From Zootoca vivipara (lineage: Eukaryota): a stretch of DNA of 64,000 nucleotides. The stretch covers positions 78,430,001-78,494,000 of the forward strand of contig NC_083283.1 in assembly GCF_963506605.1 (NCBI RefSeq). The letters run 5' to 3'. The notes under the pieces were generated by a model. The model was not told the origin of the DNA. It ran no database searches and saw nothing but the letters and a program-made list of their open reading frames with translations. A program made the translations under genes and the position numbers. Positions 1 to 14,521 of this stretch are shown piece after piece (positions within the stretch are counted from its first letter, which is position 1; each line of letters begins with the position of its first letter).

Positions 1-399
1 AACATTATATTCTTGCACTGTATATTTTATTGCACTTTGAGGTTTATTGCAGTCTACCTTGAGATATTCTTCAAAAGGAAAGGAATAAATATTTTAATTT
101 AATGAACAAGTCCCTAAACCCAACTCTTCCCCATGCCACTGTTTGTCCAACCCCAATCCTGCAGAGTTCTGCCTAAACCTACTGTAACAACCTCAAACAA
201 AGATGACAATCTGCACATGCTAACAAATTATCATTAAGATTCATAGACAGTTATGCCAGCTCTGCTATTGTGCAATAAGTACTCCCATCAATAGGAAGAA
301 GGAATTTCGGGTTACTTAACAGTCCTCTGAACTCCAACTAAGACTTCATTTTTTAATCTTGGGTCATTGACATGTTTCTCTGTAAATTCCACCCAACGA

Positions 400-1558
400 A
401 GACCCTGCTGCTGCCATTTAGATCAGTGTTTCTCAACCAGTGTGCCTCCAGTTGTTTTGGGACTACAACTCCCATCATCCCTAGCTAGCAAGACCAGTGG
501 TCAGGAATGATGGGAGTTGTAGTCCCAAAACATCTGGAGGCACACTGGTTGAGAAACACTGATTTAGATTATTCTCCTGGACTTCTCAGTGATATTCAAT
601 GCCATCAACAATGATATCCTTCTGGATGACTATGGGTTGGGTTTGGGAAGCTGACCCTTACAGTGGTTCTGACCTTTCTTGGAAGAGTATTTCCAGAAGG
701 TAGTGCTGAGGGACAGCTGCTCTGCCGCATGGTCACCGGTTCAAAATTGTTTTTTTATGCTCTTTAACATTTATATCAAACTGCTGGGAGAAACAATCCA
801 GAGGTCTGGGCCGCACTGTCACAAATGACATGCAGTTCTCCCTTTTATTTCCATCTTCAGATCCCAGGGAGGCTATAGAAGTCTTACATGGGCAATTTTG
901 GGATGGAGAAGGCGAAACAAATCAAAATTAAATCCACATAAGATAGAGGAATTGTGAGTCAGGCGATTGTCTGCTCCAGGTGGTGGTTTACAGCTGGTCC
1001 TACATGAAGTAGCAGGCTTGACTACTGTAACTTGGTTGATGTGGGGCTGCCTTTAAAGATAGCTCGCAAGCTTCAGCAGGTAGAAAATGCCACTGCTAGT
1101 CCTGACAGGTGACAGATGGCCAGATCAAACAAAGCACTCTTATCAGCTGCACTGGCTGCCACTGCACATCTGGGCCCATTTTAAGGTACTGGTTTTAATC
1201 TTTGCTTGCCACCAAAAATCAGTGAGATGTAAGAGAAATATATGAAAGAAAGGGCTTTTTCTGTGGTAGCCTGGAACTTCCTACCTGTTGACATTTCGAA
1301 GTCCTGTACAGTCCAATCTTTTTGTAAAGCTGTTTCAAGTGGCTTTTGAACTGGTAAATTATTCACCTGTGTGGATCTTTTACTGCTATATTTTATAGAA
1401 CTTCTTTTCTGAAATGTTCTTTGGGAATGTTAGGGTTGCTATTTTATTCTGTTTCAGTCGATGTATTCTTATTTTACTATGTAAACTGCTTTGGATGAAT
1501 TTTTTTACTTCTAAAGGCAACATATAAATGTTTAAAAGAAATAAAATAAAAATAAATA
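400..1558 (+). mobile_element. Old degraded L2 LINE 3' portion, interrupted by a hAT MITE
   Basis: Degenerate RT-like codons (LLDFS..F..I...IL; LQWF; QLHWLP...FKVLVL at ~1144-1200) and an A-rich aataaa tail at ~1540-1556. Confidence 0.65.
424..561. mobile_element. Non-autonomous hAT MITE (palindromic)
   Basis: TIR cagtgtttctcaacc / ggttgagaaacactg; 8-bp TSD atttagat (416-423, 562-569). Confidence 0.9.
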
Positions 1559-4500
1559 TTACCTATCTCAAGATGAAATAAAGAATACACAAGAATACCT
1601 CATCTTGTGACTGGCAAATGACACTTCCAATTCAAATTACATTTCTAAGCCATAGATTGGTATATAGCCTGCAGGCGTTTGTTGGGCTACAATTCCCATC
1701 ATCCCTGACTACTGGCTAGAGTCTATGGGAGAGGGAGCCCCAAACCTGAAAGCTTCCTGGTCTTGTACAGACCTGTAAGATCACTAGGCCTGGGCGATAT
1801 ATTAATATGGAGGCTGCTGAGCATGCTGAAGGAGAAACCAACTAGCCGGGAGCTGGAGGCAGAGGGACTCAAGCGGCAGCAGATTCATCAGCAATACACC
1901 ACTGGTAAAACCGCCATCGCGCTCTGCCCAGGCAGAGGGAGAAACAAGCTTATACAGCTTGTTCCTTTCTCCACTTCTTTAATCTGCTTGGCTGAGGAGT
2001 GCCCTCGCCTTAGCCAAGCAGTTTTTTGGAGCCCCTGACTTGCCACTGGCTCACATGAGCCAGCGGAGGGAGGGGGGCTCTGTTAAAGTGCTCCCCTTCC
2101 TCAGCTGAGAGAGCCCCAACCTGGCTCCTGATTGGACGAGAGTAGGAGCGAGATCAGGGCTGCACAGCTGAAAAGTGCAAGACCGCCTTTCCTAGATGAG
2201 AAAGCCCTGGTGTGCTGAGCCAAAAAGACGAGCCCATCCTCCCAGTGGAAGGCAGCCAGGCAGTGTAGGGGCTCTTTGATGCTGCTGGCGATTCCAGAGT
2301 TGTCCAGCAGCCCCTCACAAAGTGCAGAAAGGGTGGCTTTGCACCCCATGCCTTGTGGAATTCAGCGGAAGGGTGGGCTGTGTCTTTCCTCCTGGGGTGA
2401 ATGACACACACACACACACACACCGGAGGAAAGAGGCAGCACACCCGCACTGGCGAAGGCTACAGCAGTCAAACACATGGAGTGGCTCAGTGCGGAGTGG
2501 GGAGCAAGCAGGTAAGGTAGCTTGCCCACCCACCCGCCAGCTATAGCAGAGCCCTGAGTCCCCTGCTGGTTGCGTGCTGTATTGGCCTCAGACCATGAGT
2601 TGCTGGGGTGAAAACGCCTCAGCTCCCGTGATGAGAGCTGTGGCAGTTTCACCTGGCACCTCACCAGTTGGGGCCGATGCAGCTTTTGTCAACATCACGA
2701 TTTATCATTACACCATGATGTTGAAAACCCAACATTGCCCAGCCCTAAAGATCACCTGGGGAAATTTTACTTACGGTTACACAGGCTGGTGGCATTTCCC
2801 ACCATCACCTTTGTACTGTGGAATTCCCTTCCCTCTGCCCTATGTGAAAGATTGTGCATCAGCTGCTTCAGGTATATTGTAAAAACATATTTTTGTCTAG
2901 GCAAAGTAAATAATCAGCATCTGAAATGCACCAGTGGTTAGTCACACAACTCACATCTGATATAAAGTCATTGGAAATCAGAGGCCCATAATAACCAAAA
3001 ATATAAGTGCCCTGACTTGTCCCAGTTGAAAACAGTGAGACTAAGGCATGCTTTAAAATTGTAGTATTGAAGCCTAGGAAAATAAAATTGATAGTTCTGC
3101 AGCTAAAAAAATGAAAGATATGTGGCAATATACACCAAATATTTGTAACCATTGTTTGTATATTGACTTATTGTGCAATCTCACCCATTGCTAGGCATAT
3201 TAAACCTAGGGTTTTAGAGAGGAGACTGTACAAACTCTGCAGAAGGTTGCAAAAAATTCCCAGCTGTTCAAAGCTATTTGGTCTAAAGTGTGAAATCCTA
3301 TTAAATCAACAAGCCTTTGTCACATCAATAAACTACCATGAAACAGACTGTGAGGATAGAAGCTCCCATGTCTCAGCATATATGCATCACACAGCAAATT
3401 GTGTGAAAAGGAAAGGATCAGTGATCCTTCTCTTCAAGTAATTTTCCACGCTGGCAAGGGATGCAAAAACTGGCATGGCTGGTTTGAAATTCATTGATAG
3501 TGATGGATCTCAACAGGGGGAACATATTAAAATCTAAAATCAAATGAGCCAGTCTACTCTGAAAAATATATTGGGTGGTATCCAACTAAACAGTTCCACT
3601 AGCATAAAGGCTTTTAGCTGTGCAATGCAACTTCCCCAACCCCTCTTCTCCCAGTGACCCCCTAAATTTGTTCTGGGGATTCCACCAATCCTTTGAAAAA
3701 GATTTAAGGGGCATATAGAGGGCACATGGGGAAAGCTGAGTGTGGAGAAGTTCCACTGCACAACTAAAAGTCCTTGCACCAGCAGAACTGTTAAGTTGGA
3801 TATTATCCATTGCTTATATTCTGGCCTTATTCTACACTACAGTAACCAACAGGTTTCAACTTGGAAGACAAACCTTTCCATTCCTATACTATTAATTCAC
3901 GTTCTCCCACAACTATTTCCACCACCACTTGTACTGCTGCCCCTGGATGAACAGATCACAACTTTCTGCCCTCTACATCCTTGCTTGCTTATTCTCCTAC
4001 CCAGACCATGGGTCTTCTACATCCACCTCTGTGCCACTTCATAGGCTGAAAAAAGGAACCCTGCCCAGAAGAATCTGGGGAAATGCTGTTAGAGAACCTC
4101 AAATCTGTTGGGAGCTCTCACAACTCACCCGGCTCTCTATACTAATGAAATAGGCTGGATGATACTAGGAAGTTGTAAGGGAAGAGATGTTCCAAGTTTT
4201 CTCACCTCCTCAGCTGATGTCTCCAGCTTTTTCTTAGCATCAGGCAGAAAAAGAGAAGCCCCGCTGGAAGATTGTTCTAAGGTAGAAGGGTGGAGGGGAG
4301 CCCTTGTGTCAATCATGGTTACCTTCTAGTTTTCTTAAAAGGCCAGCCAGGATGAGCAGCAATGGGCAGCACACAAGCTCAGACATTAGGCAAGAGAACA
4401 GTTTGGATGGAAACTGTCTGTCCATTAAATGATTAACAGAGGGGTGGGGGAAGGCTATTGTGGTCTCTTTCTTTTTGCAAGGTTGTTCTTGAGAACATTG

Positions 4501-6058
4501 TTTTACGATTGATTATTAAGATCATCATGTTTCTAGGGTTCATTATATCCAAGAAGCATCTTACATAGTTTATGAACTCTTCCAGCACAACTTAATAACA
4601 AAGCAATTATAATCTTCTATACCGGGGCTCCTTGAAATATGAAGAATCAGTTTAATTGATTGGCCACTTGCCAATTCCACCAAGGAAAGCTAAAATTGTC
4701 AAGGATTGCTATATTTAACATCTTATTGGGTAATCAGCAACAACAGATTATAATAGTGGCAGATTTGTGTGCTCTTACACCTTTTCTGATGAGAACACAG
4801 GAAGTACTGTATCTTTAAATAAATGTGAGCAATACAAGTACTGTACCACATTAATAAAAATGTGTGTAGTTTTATTTTTAAAATAACTAAAAACTTATCA
4901 GGATATAAAGTTGGTAACTGAGTAAGCTGGGGGCTAATAATCCTCCATCTTGGTGGATTTCAGTTGTTAGTTACAACTTAAAACACAACTGCATTGAAGC
5001 TAAGGACTTGTGAAGCAACTCCCCATAGTAATTTTCACATTTTTTGACCATGCAACAACAGACCCTTATAGCTATAAGGATTGCACTGTAAATGAGTGTC
5101 CCAAACTGTGAATTGTGAGATGGGTTTAAGTATGTACTGAAAAGACACAATAGTCTTTTCAGATTTTCCCTTGAATACAAGGGCTAAAAAGTTACACAGG
5201 AAAGGGATGCATGTATAAGGCCTGCCCTCAGCACCGCCAGGTGGACAGCATCTTCTTGAGGTGTTCACACATCTAAGGTCTGCAGGGTTTCTAAATGTAT
5301 TCTTCCAAACATACTTTGAAGCCTTCCAATTGCAAACATGGTTCAAAGCATAAATCAATATCATTTCCATAGGAACAAATTATCTTCCCCTAGGAACAAT
5401 TTAGAAGTGCCCGGAACACCTGTTTGTTTAAACCCAGTCTGTCCTGATCGTGTATAAAGGTTTTGTATAAAGGTTTTTACACATTTCAGAGGAAAATGAT
5501 GGGTGTGAATAGGAGTAATAGTTCTAAAATTTATGTTTAGTAGTAGTACTAATGGTATTTCTTTTTACTGCAGAAATATCTTTAAGAACGAGTTCCAGTG
5601 ATTAAATACATCAGCATTGTGGTGCCTTTATTTAGAAAGTGTCTGATATAACATTTGCTGTTACTTGTCATTAATACTGCAGCTCCTAAGTAAACTTGGG
5701 TTAGAAATAATTCCCACCTAAATCAGCATAAATTACTGATCAGGTTGTTATTGAATCTTTGTTATGTTTTTAGAAAGGAACCTAAATTATAGCTACATTC
5801 AAGTTACTACAACTCATCACATTCACAGACTCTGTCAATGCAGCTCAGACTGTTACAATGCAATCCTATACAGATCTACTGAGACCCAGTGAGGTCAATG
5901 AAGCTTACTCCCAAGTAAGGAGTACAGAATGCAGCCTAACTTTTAAGCTGTTGCACAGCTGACTGTCAAGATCCATTCTCTTGATCTGGTTAATTCATGT
6001 AAAGCTCTCTAGATTAGCATACAAATAGTGCAGGTGAGCTTGACCATAACTGCTAGAG

Positions 6059-6315
6059 CAGGGGTCAGCAACCTTTTTCAGCTGTGGGCCGGTCCACCAT
6101 CCCTCAGACCATGTGGTGGGCTGGACTATATTTTTTTGGGAGGGGGAGGGGGATGAACAAATTCCTATGCCCCACAAATAACCCAGAGATGCATTTTAAA
6201 TAAAAGGACACATTCTTCTTATGTAAAAACATGCTGATTCCCAGACCATCCGTGGGCCGGATTGAGAAGGCGACTGGGCCGCATCTGGCCCACGGGCCTT
6301 AGGTTGCCACCCCTG
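6059..6315. mobile_element. Non-autonomous hAT (Charlie-like) element
   Basis: Ends caggggtcagcaacct / aggttgccacccctg; 8-bp TSD tgctagag (6051-6058, 6316-6323); same family as 15129-15574. Confidence 0.9.
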
Positions 6316-9300
6316 TGCTAGAGCTTGGCTGCTGTTAAATTACAATGGCTGACCCTGAAAAAAATAGCTATTTGGTAGACCTCATTTTAAACTGATAGCC
6401 ATGAATTTAGTCAATCAACTTTGTTAGATACTGACATATTCTGAGTACTGCAAACAATGCAATAGAAATAATCTCTTCAAATACTGCATTGCCAAAGTCA
6501 TACTTGTACATTAACGTCTCTACTCTGCACATCTATATAGAAGATCTTTCAGAGCAATAAACATGTCTCAACATACATATTGGGGCCATGAAAATGTCCT
6601 TCAGCAGTCCTAAAAGATATTACATTCCCTCCAACTATTTACAACATACCTAGTAATATACTACCTAAAACTAAACTCTAGTGTTGGTACTATAAAGACT
6701 ATATGATTCTCTTCACTACTGTTCTCTGTCTCACAGAGAATCTGTGCATTCCAAATAGTGATGGAGTCAGAACCAACTACTAGAATTTGTATTTTGAAAA
6801 AGGGAGGGTTTCTTTGTTCTAGCAGCCGTGATGCTCCTTCAAATCTGTTTGACATCTGATAAAACTAATCTAATTCCATCTACATAACTCCATCTGCAAC
6901 AACCTCAAAACGTAAAAAATTGCAGGCTGCCAGGCCCTTTCACAGCTACCTACCCACTTTTTGTTCAACATATACTGTAAGGAAGAAATCTGGATAATTT
7001 GAAAGCTTTGTTCTTGGCATTTTGCCATTCTGGTTGGCCTAGTAAAGGTACTGTGGATTGTTCTGTGGATCTTCCTTTTGAAATTAGTAAATCATTCAAG
7101 GGAAGGAACAGTAATAAGTACATAGTTAATATGACCTTGTAATTCTGAGGTCAGAGAGTAAAGTGCATACTTTGGCACCTTGCCAGTATTCAGAGATTTA
7201 AAAGCCTGCCTTAATGTATTGCTATGGGCTTTAGAGCTTAACCTCAGTTGAAAATAAAGTTTTCAGGTATGATTATCTACTTTCTATACAGCTACTGTTA
7301 TGTTGGCCTTGCAGCAAACATCTTGGAGCATAATATATCTAACAAGCTCAAGGTTTTGTGGTGTTTTTTACATGATGGTTTTACCAAACCTAAACCCAAG
7401 CCTCAAACAGGAGCATTTACCTTTTGGTTTCTCTTTGAACTTTTCACCCTATAAATAAGAAAACTCAAAACCAAGAAATGTCTAACAAAGGCATCGATGA
7501 ATCTCAATGCAAGACGAGACCAAGTAGTTGGCAACCTGTTTCCATTATTATAAATGCTGTGTATTTAAAAACAAACAAACAAACACCTAAATAGCATGAC
7601 ATTGTATCTTGTATATTGATTAAATGTGATCTTTAATATAAAAAGTTAACCAACCCCCTTCATCACAGAGTTTTTTTTCCAGAACCATCCAATAAGTCAC
7701 AAAACACTCAGCAAACTTTTGAGTTCTCCAGCATTCTTATTTTGCAGTATATCAAACACAGAGGTGAGGCAGCACTGGGAATGATGATGGAGCCCACAAG
7801 TATGCAATTTGGGATCTTAAGAGTCAAACACAGCAACAATTCTCCACCGCACACATAATCTTAATTTACCTTTCACAACCAGTTCCAAGCAAAGTAACAT
7901 TAAGATAAATAGACAGGAAGACAAAGGCATGCTGAGGCACACTATTTAAAGAAAGGCAGCACAAATATTTTGATCACTAAATAATCAAAGCTTAAACAGA
8001 AAGCTTAGTGTTTTAACCTTCACTTTTTGAATACACCTAAGTACCTTTCATCTAGGAAATCTAAACTCAGATGAAAACACCTAAAGCCCAGGCTAGATGT
8101 GATGACAACAGAATCCAGTATTTTAAGGTAGGTCTGATCCAACAGGAGCAAGATGTAAGACCAAAGAAGCACACAGGCTGGGGTGTGTGTGTGTGTGTGC
8201 TAAATCTCACCCCATGACCATACCACCTCCCTCCAGGTGCTTTTCTCCCAGTGGAACTGAGCTGGTATGAGAATGCAGCTGAAAGAAAGCAGCAGGAGGG
8301 GAAGAGAGCTGAGAGAGGAAACTTGCAGACAAGTGAAGGATGGTTGAAGCAGTCTGCAGCCCACGACATGTAGTTTGGGTCTGAGGCTAGAAATTCAGGA
8401 TTCTAACATCCATAGTTGCAAACTTGGTGCCTCATTCCTGAGGTCAGCTCAGTACACTGGTCTAGGCACTGTCTAAATATACAAGTAGGTTTTTTAATGC
8501 TCCTGAATTACAAAAAAAGGCATATGGTTATAAAGCATTTGATCTTATACTTCTGTGCAAGGCTGCTCTCGACAGCTAATTCCCAGGGACTTGTGGGGCT
8601 TTGATTCCTCATCACTACTCCAATGGCAGCCCCATCCCCACTATTTCCTCATGACAATCTATTTCTCATACAGTTTGTTAATCTTGTTAGGTTACCATTG
8701 GCTTAATTGTTTTTGAAATAGTTTTTAAAAATAGTTTTAACTGTTTTTATTGATAATTTTAATATTTCTTGCAAACCGCTTATTTGTTTTGTTACAATCA
8801 AGCAGTACATAAATTTTGCAAAATAAACAAAGAGGGGGCAAGTCCTGTCTCAGTTATTTGAGTGTACATACATATACAGGTGAACCACCTGACATTGCGT
8901 ATTGAGACTTGCAAAAAGCTTTTGACGAAGTACCTCACCAAATAATCCCGAGTAAGATTAGCAGTCATGGAATTGTGGAAACAGAATACTTGGGCCTGAT
9001 CTAGCAGAGTTCTTACGCTTTTATCTGTCAGGAGGGTGGCTCCATGGCACTGCTCCTCAATGCTGGCTGCTCCCAGCTTAGCCATTAATTCACTACATGG
9101 CTTTAGTAAAGCAATTATTTTCCTAGTCTCTCACGTTTAAACACAGTAAAAATAATAACTGGTCTTACGATAGCCTAAAAATTGAATGCTTAATAACAGT
9201 AGCGGCTGCAGAGCCATGTGTGTGAGCCATGCCCAAACATTCTCCACCTGCAATGGCTCGTGTGTTGAGTGTAAAAGCCTTAAGTTGGGTTTTAAGTGCC

Positions 9301-9547
9301 TTTGGCCAAAAATGCACAGAAGGTTCTTCACAACTGGGAATCCTGATAATGCAAAGCCCCAATGTGAGGAGGCTTCTAACCACATTCAGTCAAACATGCT
9401 GAGTATACCCCTTGACACCTGCTCAATTCCCGCTCAATACAGGAAAGTCAGGGGTGTAGCAGGTGGGCGTAACACCTAAACAAGTACGGTAATAAACTGT
9501 TAAGTAATATCAAACATTATTATGCCTTCTCCAAATGATGGTGTAGA

Positions 9548-10330
9548 ATTTATTTATTGTTTTCTAAACTGATTCACAGCCAGAAGCTATTGAACTGGTA
9601 AGATAAAATGTGATACAATATAAGAAATGTGAACTCCAAAATTAATAAAACAATTTCTAAAAACTCTAAAAGCAGTAAAACCATTTCTAGATTGCACAAC
9701 TAGATTGCACATTTCTAGATTGCACAACTGGCTCACACTTCAAGGAAAGTCTTATCCAAAAACATCTTCAAATGTCAAACCTAAATGTCAAATTGCTAGA
9801 TGCTTGTCTAATTCCATTTGGTAACTGATTCTAAGGGGTTGGAGCTGCAACCCTAAAAGCCTTGTTTCTAGTACAAACTAAGTACACTCCTGGGGCATAT
9901 AGTACTGTTAGTACTGCCCAATCTGAGGGGTACACTTGCCAGGTAGGTACCTTAAGTAACCTGGTTCCAAGTTGTTTAGGGCTTAATCTCTTTGATCTGC
10001 ATCTAGTAGCATATTGGAAGCCAGTGCAGCTCTCACAGCAAATATGTTAAATGTGTTGACAGAATGCACCAGTCAACAAACAATTCTCTCTTTTAAAAAC
10101 TGCAGATCTTCATCAGCTATTGGATCTTAATACTTAAAAGCTTTGAAGCTTCTACTTGGACTTAGGCATACCTCAACTTCTCATTTCCCAACTGTTTTGT
10201 CAGGCATAGCTGATGGCTATGTTTCTATCAGTTCTTACTCAAGTCTCTCCCTCTTATGCTAGATCTGTGAACATACTAGGAGTGGGCTACCACAATACAT
10301 TCCAACAGAGAGCCACACGCTGGATCAACT
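9548..10330 (-). mobile_element. Old degraded L2 LINE fragment
   Basis: Reverse-strand ELHWLP motif (ggaagccagtgcagctc, ~10016-10032) and tttattt tail at ~9550; boundaries approximate. Confidence 0.5.
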
Positions 10331-13300
10331 GTCAAGCTGTCTCCTCTTACAGCTGCTATACAAACAGCCCTGAATATCTTAGATTCTTTAGAGAACAATC
10401 ACACTACCGGTAACTGCATTCGTTTGTGATTATGCTCTTTTTTGGCACAGTCAGTTTAGGGAAGCAAGGTTCACAACAGCTTTACAAACATAATAATTTC
10501 ACTTCTGTTTCAAAAATAACTTTTTCACTCGCACTATTTACTATTTGGAAGGTCCAAATATTGCTAAACAGTACCAGTAGCACTGGGGAACTGAGAGATC
10601 CGATTCAAAATCCCAGCTCAGCCAGAGACTTGGTGGGTGGCCTTAGGCTAAATCCCTCTTCTCATTTTCAGGCCATCATTTGCAAATCATTTTAGCAGTA
10701 ATAGCCTGCCACAAATAATTGTTATGAAGAAAAATTAGATCATAGCACATTTTGTAGAAACTCTTTTTTTCTCCATAAATCCTGCTACATACAATTTGTT
10801 AACCTATTACTATTTTAAGCTGGAGTTCACTGGAGCCATTTCCCCTTATTCAAGAACATTCCTAATTCTGCTCTACATATCAACACATATATTGATTTCT
10901 ACATGAATTATGATAGGTTAGGTGCTGTGATGTACAAATATTTTCCTTTCTTTGGTTCACATTCTTTTTACCAGCCCCGAGCCTTCAAAATCTGAAAAAG
11001 AAAACACCAATAGCCTGATCTTTGTAAGAAGAACCACAGAACTCAGGTATAATGAGATTATAGGCACTTAGAAGTATTGTTTAGGGTTAAAACTTTTCTC
11101 ATGGGTCAACCAGGGTTCAGACATACCGGAAGGATATCGCATACACATTAGCAAATTCCCTTTTGCCCTTTAATGCCACATTTCAAGCACGGATTACACA
11201 TTTGACATGAAAAAGTTTATTTATATCACAAATGTGAACCGCATTGTCAAGACTCATATCAAGAGAAAAGTACAACCAGCTAGCCTGGTTTCAGCGATTT
11301 AGATGCACTGCTCTACCACTAATATTTTATACTAGTGTCTATGAGAGCACAGGGATCCTCTAAGTCAGACCAAGGATCTGTCTAGTAGGATGGTGCAGCA
11401 GATCTCCAGAGCTTCAGGCAACTACCAGTCAAGAACCCAGAAATCCACCTTGAAGGCATATTCAGACAAATTACACATTATACTATTGAGTCATGCTCAC
11501 GCCCCAATTTTCTAACAATACAGGGCAGATCAGGATCATTTGGTACAGTGCCCACCCGCACATATAATAAGGAACCTCACCATACTCCAAAGGCCTGTTA
11601 ATTCACCCCTAAGAGAATTAAGCCACTAGAATCCTCATGGAATGAAGCTCTTCAGGTTTCAAATGAAAGGGGGGGGAATCTAAAAGTATAAGGTGACTAG
11701 TTTGCAGTCTCTTATTTATTCAGCTAAATACACAGACTTGACGGAATAACAGAGCTACAACCTGTGTGAGTGTGTACGAGAATATTAATGGCAAGCTTAT
11801 AATACTGTTGTCAAAGTGTATTTTGCATGCAATTCGTAACTTAAAGTCACACTGTCTGATCCAGTGGATACTTTTCTGAGGTATAATTTCATTATTGAAG
11901 AAAAGCTCTATCTTTCTTTTACAATTTAACTATATGTTGAAGTTACAGTTTTAAGTATTCTTGAGGTTTGCTATTTTACCTACATGATCAAACATTGCTT
12001 TGTGTGAAGCTACATATGCATTTTGCAACCTGTGTACAGAAGTATATAAAAATTTAGAGAAGTTGAAGCCTTCACAACTAACACAGTTCAGCATAACATA
12101 AACTTTCCTAATTACAGCTAGAAACTAGAAAGTAAATCACGCCACAACAGACACAAAGTAATTTATGTACTTAAAGCTGTTCTTTCAAATCACATTCTCT
12201 TGAATGCATTTACCGTAGCTCTAAGTTTAATTACAAAAAAGTAAATCAGACTAAAACACTACTTAAAAGAACATTTCAGTAGGAATTAGGAGTGTTAAGT
12301 CAATGGCGTTTTACTCAAAGTAAACCCACTGAAATTAATAGACCTAACTTAATCATGGGCACTGATTTCAACTGTTATACTCTGATTAAAACCTAGTTGA
12401 AAAGCACCCAGGGATTTTCAGGAATGGATTTCTTATGCTATCATAGAGAGAAAGGGAACAGTGCACTGGGTAAAGACCTCATGACCTCGGCTACCTTCTG
12501 ACCACATATACGTATTAGCTCTTTATAGAGCACTGAAGGTCAACATGGAAGGTGTGTACATGTGAAGCCACCTTAACAACCTTATTAACACAATATATGC
12601 ACTGGATTTGCAATACATTTCAAAGTACACCAGCAGCACACCAACCTGCAGTAATTAATTGCTGTGGTGATATTTTTTTTAAAAAAAATGGTTACTAAAA
12701 TAGTAAAAACTGCCAACACAGCACCCGATCCTGAACTCTCATTTGCCACATCAGAGGAGCATAGAATCAGGACACACAAAATCAACTGTACCTCTATGTT
12801 TGATTTCCATCACTAGGAGTAAGACTTTAACAGTCCTGCCACGCAAAATTTCTGTGAATTGTTCCTTTTTATTTCAGGATTTTAAATATCTGCTCATCTA
12901 GTTGTCTATGGCAAGGGGAAATTGCGAGGGAAGGGAAGCTTTTGCAAAATGTAAGAAATTTATTTACCTCTCCCCCCTTCTTTTCCCTTTCTGGCTGTCA
13001 GCATGTAACAATGAGCTTATGTAGGAATATGCATAAGCGGAAAGGCTAAAAGAATATTTAATGGGCTTGTAGTTTCTGAATATTTCTACTTTCAAGGCTG
13101 TTTTATACATTTAGCTTTGCATTACATCTCATACTCCCAAAAGGGCTCCAAACATAGTTCATTTTAAAAAAAGTTAGAAACACCCATACTACTTACACTT
13201 TGTAATTCGCAGTTAATCACACAAGTGAGATTTTGAGAAAAAGCAAACTATCAGTTAAGATCATCACAATCTGAGGAAATAGAGACTCTGTTCCTGAATC

Positions 13301-14386
13301 TTGTTTTCTTCCCCAATCTGAATAAAGCGAGCAGCCATCACTTTCTTTGAACACAACAAATATTTCGATGAAAATCCTGTAAAATTGTAGCTAGGGCAGT
13401 GCAGAATATTCAAGTGCATACCCAGTACATTGTATTTTCCCATTATTTCATATTTCCTAACAATCCAAATCCAATTTCCAAAAAAAAATCTGCTTGTAGT
13501 CTGGGGAGTATGATCCAGTCCTTCCCCTCCACAAACCATAAGAATCCTCCTACATGCAAGTATCTTAGCCCAGAAAGGTTCCTGATGAGAGTAGGGACCA
13601 GGGGAGAAGGGTGACGGCTTGTCCACTTACAAGTAATTTTACCCATAAAATTTTGCTCTCCCCTGATACTCCTACTTGAACTTGCATTAAATATCCAAAG
13701 TTAAATGCAGCATGTAGTAAAAGGGACAGCTACCACTAAAGTTCCACCTCAGTCCTAACTGTACGTTCCTTTATTTTCCTGACTCCACAAAGTCGTCACC
13801 TAAATGAAGGTGTTGCTTCCCCACATTCCTTGAGAATTTACAAGGAGAGTTCAGTGCTCCAATGCATTAATTAATATCAACTGCTCTGATCAATATTGGC
13901 CCCAATATCAATGAAGTGCTTAACATTTAACCATTTTCCAGGACTTCAATTTTAACTTATAAAAGAAAAATCAAGAAAGCATTAAGATTATCATTAAAGT
14001 GCACTACAAGATGCTTGGTTACTGAAAAAGTTTATCACATGTGTACATTCTGATAAAGCTTTAATTTCCTGAAAATAGGCACTAAAATCCAAATCACTTT
14101 TAAAAGTAACTATAAAAAGCTTTGTTTACCTAAATTATACTGAAGAGCAAAATGAAAAGTACTTAATCTGCCTTATGTAACAGAGGATTCTAATACTGCA
14201 TCACTAAAATTAAATGCATTGCCTTACAATACAGTGCTACTAAACTCCAATACGATGAAATGGATTGAACTGGAAAAAAATAATGCAATGTGGTTAAAAC
14301 CTCTGGAGAAAACAGTATCTGAATTCTCCGAAGAAGCTTCTATGACTTCTGCTGGCAAGAACAACCAGCAGTTTATAAAACACTTG

Positions 14387-14388
<2 letters not shown>

Positions 14389-14456
<68 letters not shown>
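14389..14456. repeat. (CT)n microsatellite
   Basis: Pure CT run just inside the intron next to the 14482 candidate donor. Confidence 0.97.
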
Positions 14457-14460
<4 letters not shown>

Positions 14461-14481
14461 TTATTAAAGATTAAGACTCAC

Positions 14482-14521
14482 CTGGGCTCGGACCACCCTC
14501 CTCATAATCCCGTTTGTTCAT
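14482..14521 (-). CDS. SLC12A7: Candidate alternative first coding exon of SLC12A7 (MNKRDYEEGGPSP+G)
   Basis: ATG at 14521 with an in-frame TGA four codons upstream; 13 codons + 1 nt; consensus donor CCAG|GTGAGT; phase 1 like canonical exon 1; ends PSP-G like the exon-1 end of mammalian KCC4; non-repetitive context. Confidence 0.6.

Noticed and set aside
6930-7050. Possible older Penelope/hammerhead remnant (also ~32435-32460)
   Set aside because: Too degenerate; core motifs incomplete.
2775-13004. Other short phase-1 ATG-to-donor units on the - strand (2775-2859, ~7870-7900, ~12968-13004)
   Set aside because: Weaker donors and no promoter, motif or duplication support; expected by chance.
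13264-13338. MAARFIQIGEENK... as a KCC-like N-terminal exon
   Set aside because: Not a true RFx[V/I] motif, and the frame hits TGA before any good donor.
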